Below, in pieces: positions 8,284-20,037 of a stretch of DNA of 64,000 nt; positions within the stretch are counted from its first letter, which is position 1, and every line of letters begins with the position of its first letter. The translations under genes and the position numbers were made by a program. The DNA comes from Vulcanimicrobiota bacterium (GTDB lineage: Bacteria; Vulcanimicrobiota; Xenobia; Xenobiales; JADMJV01). The notes below the pieces were generated by a model that was not told where the DNA came from, made no database searches, and saw only the letters and a program-made list of their open reading frames with translations. The stretch lies in assembly GCA_050250895.1 (NCBI GenBank), contig JBFWNU010000007.1, forward strand, positions 128,001 through 192,000. Direction: 5' to 3'.

Positions 8284-9762
8284 ATGCGTAAAATTGGAGC
8301 TGTCTTGCTCTTGTCTGTGCTGTTCATCGGGTGCCCGGTGCAGAGCCAGGTTCATTACGAAAAAGGGGTCGCACTGCTGCGTGACCGCAAGTTCGAAGAA
8401 GCCACCACCGAACTGACCAGGGCTATCGAAAAGGCTCCCAAGTTCGCTATGGCCTATATGAAACGGGGTTACGCCTATAGCCGGCAGGGGCTCTACGATC
8501 AGGCGTTGGAAGACTATCGGGTAGCGATCGAGCTGGCTCCCAAGGAAGCTACCATCTACTACGACCGGGGTCTTCTCTATGACGAGATGGGTGACCATCG
8601 CCAGGCGGCCCTGGCCGACTTCGACAAGGCCCTGGAACTCAATCCCGAGAACGCCTTTGTCTGGGCTGCCCGCGGTAACGTCTACCTCAAGCTTTTGCAG
8701 TTCGAACGGGCTATCGAAGACTACGACAAGGCCATCGAACTCAACCCCAAAGAGGTGGTGCCCTATTCTTCTCGGGGCAACGCCTACCTCGAATTGCGCG
8801 ATTTCAAAAAGTGCATCGAGAGCTACAACAAGGCCATCGAACTCGACCCCGAGCACGCGCTGGCCTTTGCCGGTCGTGGCTACGCCTATCTCGAGCTGGG
8901 GAACTTCGAGAAGGCTCTGGAGGATTGCGAGAAGGCCGTTCAACTCGACCCTCACCTGGGAGCCGCTTATCTGTCGCGTGGCTACGCTTACATCCGAGCC
9001 CTGGGCGACTACGAAAAAGGGATTGCCGATTACACCAAAGCCATCGAGTTAGACATTGAAGAGGCCAAGCGCCGTGGCAAGGCCGAGAGCTTCTTCTATG
9101 CTTATGTAGCCCGTTGCGACGCCTATCGCGAGGTGGGCGAGCTGGAGAAATCGCTGGCTGATGGCGACCGGGCCATCGAAATCAATCCGGCCTATGCCCA
9201 GGCCTATCTCAGCCGTGGCAAGACCCATCAGGCGCTCGGCCATGCCGGGCTGGCGGCCCGAGATTTCGACAAGGCCATGACCCTCTTCGCCGAGTCGGCC
9301 TATGCGCGCTCGGCCCGGGCCTGGCTGCACAACGAGCAGGGTCGTTACAAAGAGGCGCTGGCCGAGTACGATCAGGCCATCAAGCTCGACCCCGATTACG
9401 CCGACGCCTATTATGGTCGCGGCAACGCGTTGGTCAAGCTTAAGAAATACGACGAGGCAGTGGCCAGCTACGACAAGGCCATCACCCTCAATCCCACCTA
9501 CGCTTACGCCTATTCGGCTCGGGCTCAGGCCAAGCTGCTCAAAGGCCAGAAGAAACAGGCGCTTGACGACTACAACAAGACCATCGAACTCAGCCCACGT
9601 TTTGGCTCGGCTTATTACGCCAGGGCCGGCGTCTATTCTGAACTCGGCAGCTACGACCAGGCCATGAAAGACTATCAAAAGGCGCTCGAGATGGGCGTCA
9701 ACCCTGAACTCAAGAAGTCGGCCGAGGCGGCCATCAAGAAACTGAAAAAGGAAAAGCCCTAG
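8284..9762 (+). CDS. Exported TPR-repeat protein (about 12 TPRs), possible lipoprotein
   Basis: Signal peptide MRKIGAVLLLSVLFIGC followed by repeated AY..RG..Y..LG....A..DY.KAIEL.P units. Confidence 0.9.
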   Translation: MRKIGAVLLLSVLFIGCPVQSQVHYEKGVALLRDRKFEEATTELTRAIEKAPKFAMAYMKRGYAYSRQGLYDQALEDYRVAIELAPKEATIYYDRGLLYDEMGDHRQAALADFDKALELNPENAFVWAARGNVYLKLLQFERAIEDYDKAIELNPKEVVPYSSRGNAYLELRDFKKCIESYNKAIELDPEHALAFAGRGYAYLELGNFEKALEDCEKAVQLDPHLGAAYLSRGYAYIRALGDYEKGIADYTKAIELDIEEAKRRGKAESFFYAYVARCDAYREVGELEKSLADGDRAIEINPAYAQAYLSRGKTHQALGHAGLAARDFDKAMTLFAESAYARSARAWLHNEQGRYKEALAEYDQAIKLDPDYADAYYGRGNALVKLKKYDEAVASYDKAITLNPTYAYAYSARAQAKLLKGQKKQALDDYNKTIELSPRFGSAYYARAGVYSELGSYDQAMKDYQKALEMGVNPELKKSAEAAIKKLKKEKP

Positions 9763-10073
9763 GCGCTGAGGGCGGCCACGAGACGCTCGAACTGTCCCTG
9801 GGCGGGACGGTTGACCGGGGTGGGGTAGTGCCGGGCCTGTTGGCCTGCCGGCCCGCTCTCTAAGGCCTGGCGCAGGGGAGCGTCATCAGCCCTGGGCTCG
9901 AGGTCAGGAAAGAGATCGAGCTGGGATAGATCGTTTAGGCCCAACCGCTGGCGCATCCTCTTGCGAGTGCGCACATACAGGACCGAAGCTCCCCGCACCA
10001 ACCCCTGTGGCTGGTGGTAGAGTAGAGTCTCGTCAGGACCGAAATGGAACGGAGTTGGATGGCGGCTGGGCAA
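9759..10073 (-). CDS. Hypothetical protein (104 aa)
   Basis: TTG start with GAGGTG RBS; fills the gap and converges with the TPR gene. No motif recognised. Confidence 0.45.
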   Translation of the reverse strand: MPSRHPTPFHFGPDETLLYHQPQGLVRGASVLYVRTRKRMRQRLGLNDLSQLDLFPDLEPRADDAPLRQALESGPAGQQARHYPTPVNRPAQGQFERLVAALSA

Positions 10074-10192
10074 ATTTCACCTCGTCTGGCCCCAAATCTA
10101 ACCCGGGCGAAGTAAATTTTAGGCTACAAAATTGTTAACACTTGTCGCGTCGCCGCGAAGGTTCCCCCCCGCCTCGACGAGAAAGCCCTGGT

Positions 10193-10825
10193 ATGAAGCG
10201 CCGGGTCCTGTGGGCGGTCGCTGTCTTGGCGGCCCTGGTCTTAGCTGGGCTGCTTCTCTGGTGGACACGGCTGCCGCGTTTGGTGGTGTATGTGCAAGAG
10301 TCGAGCCCCGGGTTGCTTGACCGCGCGCATTACCGAACCGTCTTTCGCCAGGCTGGAGTGTGGCGGCTCAAACTCAACGACGGCGAACCGGCCGAGCTCG
10401 GCTGGGACGAGCAGTCTCGAACGCTGGCCATCGAGCTGCGGCTAGTGGAAGAGGCTAATCCGAAAGTGAACAAGTCCTCTCGAGAACTCGGATTGACCGG
10501 CCCGGGTTTCACCGAAGGAAGGGTTTCCACTGTGTATCTGGTGGATGTGAAGGCTTTCGTCATCAAACACCGTGGAGACTATCTGCACCTGCAGACAACC
10601 GATTGGAGCGAGGTCGAACGCCGTCTGGTGGCCAATACCGCCGTGCACGAGAGTTGGCACGCCATCGCCTTGAGCGCCTCTCATAATCCGACCGACAAGG
10701 CGGCCGTCATGTACATCGATCCCGGTCGGGCGGCGGTCCAGTTCGGCACCACCCGCATGCCCTTCACCAGGGGCCACGAGCGAAGGCTGCGAGAAATCTT
10801 TCGAGAAGGTCGGGTGGATGGATAA
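10193..10825 (+). CDS. Membrane-anchored zinc metallopeptidase-like (matrixin-like) protein
   Basis: N-terminal anchor MKRRVLWAVAVLAALVL; HESWH...SH followed by an AVMY Met-turn-like motif. Confidence 0.6.
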   Translation: MKRRVLWAVAVLAALVLAGLLLWWTRLPRLVVYVQESSPGLLDRAHYRTVFRQAGVWRLKLNDGEPAELGWDEQSRTLAIELRLVEEANPKVNKSSRELGLTGPGFTEGRVSTVYLVDVKAFVIKHRGDYLHLQTTDWSEVERRLVANTAVHESWHAIALSASHNPTDKAAVMYIDPGRAAVQFGTTRMPFTRGHERRLREIFREGRVDG

Positions 10826-12701
10826 TCCTGGCCAACTGGCTCCTCAAGCCGATCATGCGCCGATGTACCGGCGACGCCTGGTGCTGGGTTATGCCGTGTC
10901 GATCATGCTGGTGGTGGTGTTCTGTGGCTGGGGTGCCTACTGGACCGGACGGGTTCGCCGCACCACCGAGCGACTGGTGGCCCGCGCCTATCAGAGTACG
11001 ATCGCCTGGGATCGCATGGTCTATGCCCTGGAGCGGCAGGACAACGCTCTGCTGCATTTGCTGGTGGATGCCTCGCCCCGCTCCACGGGGGTCTTTGCCG
11101 ACAATGCCATGACCTTCGAACAGATGCTCAAAGAGGCTCAGCGCTCACCCTCGTTCGAAGGCGAACGCGAGGCCAGCCAGCGAATCGAGAAGCTCTTCGG
11201 AGAGTATCTCGACGCTTTCGAGACGATCCACGAGCTACACCGGGAGGGAAGTGCCACCTCGGCCATCGCGGCCTACAACGCCGTGGCCCAGCCCTTGTTT
11301 CTCCAGATCCGGACCGACCTGATCGAAGTGCGAGACCAGTATTATCAGCGGATCTCGGATGTGTCCTATCAGGTCGAGCGCGAGTCCCGCTTTGCCGAGA
11401 TCTCGATGGCGGTGGCCGCTATCTGCTTCGTCGGTCTGGGCGGCGCATTCTTGCGATTTCTGTCCGGGCATCTGCTGGAGCTTGAACGAGAGCGGGCTCG
11501 CAACTTCGCTATGGAGCGGCAGGCCAAAGAGGCCGCCGAAGAAGCCAATGCTTCCAAGAATCGCTTTCTGGCCACCGTAACCCATGAGTTGCGCACGCCC
11601 CTGACCGGTATCCTTGGCAATCTCGAGCTACTGGAAGAGAATATCCGTAAACCCCGCGACCTCGAGTATCTCGCCGCGATCCACTCGAGTTCGAAGGTTC
11701 TGCTCTATCTGGTCAACGACTTATTGGATCTCTCGCGCATGGAAGCCGGTCGCCTGGAGGTTCGAGCCCACCCTTTCGAGCCCACCGAACTTTTGGAAGA
11801 ACTCATCGCGGCTCTGACGCCGGTGGCGGCCGAGAAGGGGATTCAGCTAGAACTCGAACTCCACGACCAGTTACCCCAGGGTTTGCTCGGCGACTCCCAG
11901 CGCATTCGCCAGATTTTGCTCAACCTGGTGGGCAACGCCATCAAGTTCACCAGTCAAGGCGGAGTCAGAGTGGGAGTGCGTGCTCAGACGGAGCAGACCT
12001 GTCGCCTGATCATTGCGGTAACGGACACCGGCCCGGGGATCGCTGCCAGCGAACTCAAATCGATCTTCAAGCCGTTTCATCAGCTCGACAGTTTCGAGAG
12101 CCGCAGTCAGGGCGGGGCCGGCCTGGGCCTGGCCATCGTGCGTAGTCTGGTCAAAGAGATGGGTGGCGAGGTAGCGGTCGACAGTAAAGTGGGGGAGGGC
12201 ACCACCTTCACGGTCGAGTTGGAGCTGCCCCGCTGTGAGGTGGCCGAAAGGCCAGAGGAATTGGATTCTGAGCGCCAGCCGCTACCCCCGGCTCGGGTGC
12301 TGCTGGTGGAGGACAATCCCATCAGTCGAAGGGTCATCGGCCTGCAACTTTCCCGGATGGGGCTCGAGGTCACTTCGGCGGCCGACGGTCAGGAAGCCCT
12401 CGATTGCTTCGAAAGTCAGGACTTCGATCTGGTTCTCATGGATTGTCAATTGCCGGTGCTCGATGGCTATGAGACAACCCGTCGCATTCGCCAATCACCC
12501 CGCCCCGAGATGCGAGGCCTGACCATTCTGGCCCTCACCGCCCACGCCCTCGAGGGCGAATTCGAACGATGCCTTCAGGCCGGAATGGACGACTTTTTGA
12601 CCAAGCCGGTCGACAGCGCTACTCTCGAGCGGGTGTTGCGGCACTGGCTGACCAGGCAGGAGTCAGGCCGGGATCTTGCTGGCGGCGGCGATACCCAATA
12701 G
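10818..12701 (+). CDS. Hybrid sensor histidine kinase (four-helix sensor, HisKA, HATPase, REC)
   Basis: VTHELRTPL, NLVGNAIKFT, DTGPG, GAGLGL; REC LMDCQLPVLDG. Confidence 0.93.
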   Translation: MDNPGQLAPQADHAPMYRRRLVLGYAVSIMLVVVFCGWGAYWTGRVRRTTERLVARAYQSTIAWDRMVYALERQDNALLHLLVDASPRSTGVFADNAMTFEQMLKEAQRSPSFEGEREASQRIEKLFGEYLDAFETIHELHREGSATSAIAAYNAVAQPLFLQIRTDLIEVRDQYYQRISDVSYQVERESRFAEISMAVAAICFVGLGGAFLRFLSGHLLELERERARNFAMERQAKEAAEEANASKNRFLATVTHELRTPLTGILGNLELLEENIRKPRDLEYLAAIHSSSKVLLYLVNDLLDLSRMEAGRLEVRAHPFEPTELLEELIAALTPVAAEKGIQLELELHDQLPQGLLGDSQRIRQILLNLVGNAIKFTSQGGVRVGVRAQTEQTCRLIIAVTDTGPGIAASELKSIFKPFHQLDSFESRSQGGAGLGLAIVRSLVKEMGGEVAVDSKVGEGTTFTVELELPRCEVAERPEELDSERQPLPPARVLLVEDNPISRRVIGLQLSRMGLEVTSAADGQEALDCFESQDFDLVLMDCQLPVLDGYETTRRIRQSPRPEMRGLTILALTAHALEGEFERCLQAGMDDFLTKPVDSATLERVLRHWLTRQESGRDLAGGGDTQ

Positions 12702-13520
12702 CCGACGATGGACTTCTTCGATGACCGAGTCGGGGGTCGAGGTGCCAGCCGTCAGACCCACCAGCCGAAAGCCGGCGAACCACTCGGGTCGCAGCTGCTC
12801 GGCGCGCTGGATGTGAAACCAGGGCTTCTGGGCGCGCTCGGCCATCTGACCTAGTTCGCGGGTGTTGTTCGAATTCGCGCCGCCCACGACGACCAGTGCT
12901 TCGACCCGGTCGAGCAGCTCGCGAACGGCTTGCTGGCGATCGCGCGTCGGGGCGCAGATGGTGTCGACCAGTTCGATTTCTGAATCGGGGTTGCGTTGGC
13001 AGATGGTGGAGTGAATCCGCTGCAAGAGCTCGGGACGGGTCGTGGTCTGGTTGATGACACCCAGCTTGCGTCGATTCCAGCAGCGGACATCCTGGCAAGA
13101 CGAGACCACCACATAATCGTCAAGGTCTCCCACCAGGCCCTCGACCTCGACATGCCCCTGGCGACCGACCACGACCACGAAGTAGCCTAATCGCGCCAGC
13201 CGCAGGGCGGCTTTGTGCACCCTGCGCACCAGCGGGCAGGTGGTATCGATCAGGCGCTTGCCGTGAGCCTCCAGCCGCTCCCGTTCGCGATTGCTGATAC
13301 CGTGGGCGGTGATCAGCACCTCGGGGGTGGCAGGCAGGTCCCGTTCGCCCTCACCCACCTGGTGAAAGCCCCGCAAGGCCATCTCGGACTGGACCTGCGG
13401 GTTATGAACCAGCTCCCCGTGGATGGTGACGGCCGCAGGCTGCTGGATCTCGCGGGCTTTGGTGAGGGCATCGCGGACCCCGAAGCACATTCCGAGGTGC
13501 TGGGCTTGAACAACTAACAT
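12663..13520 (-). CDS. ispH: 4-hydroxy-3-methylbut-2-enyl diphosphate reductase
   Basis: Three Fe-S cysteines (GMCFGV, DTTCPLV, DTICAPT), LVHN, GHVEV, SNNT, TAGTSTP. Confidence 0.95.
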   Translation of the reverse strand: MLVVQAQHLGMCFGVRDALTKAREIQQPAAVTIHGELVHNPQVQSEMALRGFHQVGEGERDLPATPEVLITAHGISNRERERLEAHGKRLIDTTCPLVRRVHKAALRLARLGYFVVVVGRQGHVEVEGLVGDLDDYVVVSSCQDVRCWNRRKLGVINQTTTRPELLQRIHSTICQRNPDSEIELVDTICAPTRDRQQAVRELLDRVEALVVVGGANSNNTRELGQMAERAQKPWFHIQRAEQLRPEWFAGFRLVGLTAGTSTPDSVIEEVHRRLLGIAAASKIPA

Positions 13521-13540
13521 GTTGTCTCCTTTTTCAATTT

Positions 13541-13557
13541 CTTTGTGCGGTAAAGTG
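13541..13557. promoter_or_regulatory. Putative operator, copy 1 (CTTTG-N5-TAAAGTG), upstream of ispH
   Basis: Same 12 conserved bases as 14587-14603; imperfect palindrome CTTT-N7-AAAG. Confidence 0.6.
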
Positions 13558-13577
13558 TCGGTTCAAAAAAAAGGGCC

Positions 13578-13958
13578 TCAGGCGGGAACCCAACCGGGAG
13601 GGATGTTGCCGGTCCCCGTTTCGGGCTCTTGCTGCTGAGCCGAGGCGTCACTGAGAACTTTTTCCAGTTCCGCCAGATACTCGAGGAAACGGTTCCTTCC
13701 TTCCTCGGAGATACGGCACAACGTCTGCGGTCGGCGGTTTTCGAAGCCTTTCCACATCTCGATGAGGCCCTCTTTGTAGAGCAGTTGCAGATGGCGGCTC
13801 AGATTGCCGTCGGTCAGCGAGCACATCGATTTGATATCACCAAACAGCAGGCCCTCGGGATGGGTCAGCAGCGAGGTGAGGATGCTCAGGCGAGCCTTTT
13901 CGTGTAAGACCCGGTCGAGGCCGTCATAGGAAAAACGGCCGTTGGTTTCGTCACTCAT
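13578..13958 (-). CDS. Winged-helix transcriptional regulator (HTH_34, ArsR/MarR-like)
   Basis: LDRVLHEKARLSIL...LTDGNLSRHL...GRNRFLEY. Confidence 0.9.
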   Translation of the reverse strand: MSDETNGRFSYDGLDRVLHEKARLSILTSLLTHPEGLLFGDIKSMCSLTDGNLSRHLQLLYKEGLIEMWKGFENRRPQTLCRISEEGRNRFLEYLAELEKVLSDASAQQQEPETGTGNIPPGWVPA

Positions 13959-14550
13959 TCTGGTTCCTTTCTAGATTCCAATACAGGACGGCGGAAAGAG
14001 ACAGCTGTCCCAGTCCGAAGACGCCACCCATCAGAATCGGTGAGTCAAAAAGTAGTTTGGCTGTGAGCAATAGGTAGGTGCCAGCCAGGAAGTAGAACAG
14101 GCCCACCCAGCCCACACCCTGGGGCAAGAAGGGGCGCGAAGCGAAGATGCCCATCGAGTAGATCAAGGCCCACAATCCCGGTAACAGACCGGCGTAGTCG
14201 GGAGCTCGGGACATCAGCACGAAGGTGACGGCGGCGCCCACCGCCAGCGCTGGCAGGAATTGTCCCACCGCGGTGGTCGAGATCTTGCGCTGCAGCTTAG
14301 AGTAGTGAGTGTAGTAGTCCCAGGCGATATCGAGACCCACGATGATCAGGTTGATGGCAGCCACCGCTACCCAGAAGCGAACCTGGTCGAGACCGTGGAG
14401 AGGATGGACTACCGGCTGAATGGCCGTTCCCAACAAAGCGACACCGCCGGTGAAGGCGATGGTCTGAGAACGATAACCTCGGTAAACCTCGGTTCGGCTC
14501 AGGTGTTTGTGGATTTCGGCGACCTGTGACAGGGCCCGAGCTACATCCAT
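13951..14550 (-). CDS. Integral membrane protein (about 6 TM) coupled to the wHTH regulator
   Basis: MDVARALSQVAEIH start with GAGAGG RBS; hydrophobic helices; overlaps the regulator start. Confidence 0.75.
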   Translation of the reverse strand: MDVARALSQVAEIHKHLSRTEVYRGYRSQTIAFTGGVALLGTAIQPVVHPLHGLDQVRFWVAVAAINLIIVGLDIAWDYYTHYSKLQRKISTTAVGQFLPALAVGAAVTFVLMSRAPDYAGLLPGLWALIYSMGIFASRPFLPQGVGWVGLFYFLAGTYLLLTAKLLFDSPILMGGVFGLGQLSLSAVLYWNLERNQNE

Positions 14551-14571
14551 GTTAGCTTCCTCTCTCTGGTT

Positions 14572-14603
14572 ACTATAGCGACTATGCTTTGCCATGTAAA
14601 GTG
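14572..14603 (-). promoter_or_regulatory. Sigma70-type promoter TTTACA-N17-TATAGT, overlapped by operator copy 2 (14587-14603)
   Basis: -35 at 14600-14595 and -10 at 14577-14572 on the minus strand, 17-bp spacer. Confidence 0.65.
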
Positions 14604-14681
14604 CTCGTTAGAAATTTTTTCTGCAAGGCTTATTAAGCCCAGAAGTTGCCTATGTGGGACGCAGGGCGGGGTGGAATATTC

Positions 14682-17963
<3,282 letters not shown>

Positions 17964-17998
17964 GCGTCACCGCCGTGGTCGAAAACTACTATTTTAGC

Positions 17999-18024
17999 GG
18001 CTCTGTGAGCTGTTTCACAGAGCC
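17999..18024. promoter_or_regulatory. Perfect inverted repeat containing a CRP-family site, TGTGA-N6-TCACA
   Basis: GGCTCTGTGA-gctgtt-TCACAGAGCC, located between divergent genes. Confidence 0.7.
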
Positions 18025-18077
18025 TGAGCGCTGGCCGGGTTAGACTGGCCTCAAGACAACCGCGAAGGAGAAAGAAG

Positions 18078-18152
18078 ATGGCTGAAGGTTTTTTGGTGCT
18101 GATGTTCGGGTGCATGATGTTGGCCAAGCTCTCTCAGATGCTTCCCGAATAG
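18078..18152 (+). CDS. Small hydrophobic peptide, 24 aa (MAEGFLVLMFGCMMLAKLSQMLPE)
   Basis: AAGGAG RBS 7 nt before the ATG; TAGACT -10 at 18041; stop abuts the convergent gene. Below the ORF-track cutoff. Confidence 0.55.
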   Translation: MAEGFLVLMFGCMMLAKLSQMLPE

Positions 18153-18154
18153 CC

Positions 18155-18793
18155 TTACTTCGAAGTCCCACACCATTGTTGGAGGGACTTCTTGCCTCTT
18201 GACTCATCGAAGTCGAACTTCAAGGCGACTTCCCAGCCGGGCACCGACACCCGCAGTTTGACCTTCTTGTCCGCCTGGTCCAACAGGCTGAAACGATAGT
18301 CTCCCCCCAAACTCGCATCCATATCCCGAAACTCATCGAGGTTGCCGTCTTGAGCATAGGCGGCGATTTTTACCTGGTAGTGCTGGTTGCCGATGGGGCG
18401 ACGGTAGGCATCGGTCAGCCAGACCCGAAATTCCCCTGACACGGCCCGAGCAAGCTCGATATGATAGTCTCCCCACATGGCCACCTGGCCGCCATTCACG
18501 CCGATGTGCTGATGATACTCGGCAGCAGGCGGAGCAGTCACCACCTCGGTTACCGTCTGGCGGGTCACCCACCAGGTCATGCCCAGCACCAGAAAGCCGG
18601 CGAGCGCGCCCCAGCCGAACATCTCTTGCCTCCGCCTGGCATCGAGATTGCGAAAAACGGGAGCCATGATCTGCGACGAGAAGGCCACCACCATCGCAAT
18701 GGTGACCAGGAATTTCACCAGGTTGGCCGCCAGTTCGTCCCAGGTCAGAGGGGCCGGGTCCGAGCCGTGAGCCAGCAGCAACCAGGCGATCAT
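18155..18793 (-). CDS. Membrane protein with a His-containing, putative metal-binding extracytoplasmic domain
   Basis: Two to three TM helices, then YHQHIGVNGGQV..GDYHIEL. ATGA overlap with the upstream gene. Confidence 0.6.
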   Translation of the reverse strand: MIAWLLLAHGSDPAPLTWDELAANLVKFLVTIAMVVAFSSQIMAPVFRNLDARRRQEMFGWGALAGFLVLGMTWWVTRQTVTEVVTAPPAAEYHQHIGVNGGQVAMWGDYHIELARAVSGEFRVWLTDAYRRPIGNQHYQVKIAAYAQDGNLDEFRDMDASLGGDYRFSLLDQADKKVKLRVSVPGWEVALKFDFDESRGKKSLQQWCGTSK

Positions 18794-19911
18794 CCCCCCG
18801 TCAGCGCCGCCCAGGGGTCGGCCTGGAAATACCAGGGCAACCCTTCATTGTAAGTCAAGAGCGCTCCGGCCACCATGAGCAGCAGCACCACCCAGACCAC
18901 GTTCCAGGTGGCCTTGCGTTGGGGCATCGATAGTTCGAGCAGTTTGACCCCGCCGCATGAAAGGGCCAGGACGCCGAGCAGAAAGTGATGGAGATAGACG
19001 CCGATGGCGGTGTCCGAGTAAGGGGCTCCGGTATGGACATGGGTCATAAGGATCCCGCCGCCGGCCAGGGCCAGCACGGCCACCAGGTGAGCTTGAAGCT
19101 GGGACACGTCGACGTCGGACCGTTTTCGGACCAGGCTCGTGCCCATCCCTATGAGCATCATCAAGGTGGCGATGAGCTTGTGGGCCAGCACCTCGGCGTC
19201 GGTGATGGGCTTTTCGTTCGACAGCGGCCAGGCGTCAAAATCCGAGAAGATCATCAAGAAGATGCCCCCGGCGATCAAGATGACCGGACCCATGGCTCTG
19301 ACTTTTTCGACATGCGGCAGTTCGGCCAGCTGATAGGCCAGCCAAAGAGCTAGCCCCAGGACCAACCAGCCGAAGATGTGATGCATCATCTCGGAATAGA
19401 TCAGTTCGTCCCGGGTGTTCCTGAGGTCGAGATTGGCCAGATCTTGTGGGGTCGGGGGGTGGGGCGGCTCGACGTTCTGGACGCCGGCCGCGAATTCATA
19501 GACCAGCTTGCCACCGTGCCAGCCGGTCAATCCCAGCGAGAAAACCCCCACCAGGACCAGCACGAGATAGGTCTTGACCAGGTGTCGATTACGGTCGATA
19601 CCGATGAACGAGCGCAGGGCCACCAGGGCGATAAACGTCCAGGAGGCCATGGTCGCAAAACTCTCATGCCGTTTGAGGGGCTCCTGAGGGATCAGGTTGC
19701 GAGCCGCCCAGATCTCGGCGAAGTTGCCGGTGATGAACGTAAAGAGCACCCCAACGGTGCCCAGCACCAGCACTACCTGACCCGCCCAGGCGGCCTTTTC
19801 GTCGTTGCGGGCAAAGGCATAGATATCGATCAGGGCGGCCACGAAAAGCAACCCGATCGGGAAGTGGACGAAGACTGGATGCCAACTGGCCAGGAATTGA
19901 CTTAGTTCCAT
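18790..19911 (-). CDS. DUF2231-domain membrane protein fused to a second His-rich TM domain
   Basis: WHPVFVHFPIGLL...HE...TGWHGGKLVY (DUF2231), then YSEMMHH, AHK, THVH, LHH in TM helices. Confidence 0.75.
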   Translation of the reverse strand: MELSQFLASWHPVFVHFPIGLLFVAALIDIYAFARNDEKAAWAGQVVLVLGTVGVLFTFITGNFAEIWAARNLIPQEPLKRHESFATMASWTFIALVALRSFIGIDRNRHLVKTYLVLVLVGVFSLGLTGWHGGKLVYEFAAGVQNVEPPHPPTPQDLANLDLRNTRDELIYSEMMHHIFGWLVLGLALWLAYQLAELPHVEKVRAMGPVILIAGGIFLMIFSDFDAWPLSNEKPITDAEVLAHKLIATLMMLIGMGTSLVRKRSDVDVSQLQAHLVAVLALAGGGILMTHVHTGAPYSDTAIGVYLHHFLLGVLALSCGGVKLLELSMPQRKATWNVVWVVLLLMVAGALLTYNEGLPWYFQADPWAALTGG

Positions 19912-19969
19912 ATTGCCGATCAGTTTTACCCGCCCATGGCAGGTGAAAACCTTTCTAGCCTCCGGCCAG

Positions 19970-19999
19970 AAAAGAAAAAGCCCCGGCTTTCACCGGGGC
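19970..19999 (-). terminator. Intrinsic terminator
   Basis: GCCCCGG stem with a 6-nt loop, followed by TTTTTCTTTT on the minus strand. Confidence 0.75.
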
Positions 20000-20037
20000 G
20001 TTGGGTCCAACCAATTGCTCATCTCACTGAGGTAACT

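Noticed and set aside
8400-9700. Recurrent approximately 102-bp DNA similarity (caaggccatcgaactc) as a CRISPR or repeat array
   Set aside because: It is explained by coding 34-aa TPR repeats.
12663-12701. 39-bp convergent overlap of the kinase and ispH
   Set aside because: Short tail-to-tail overlaps are common in GC-rich genomes.
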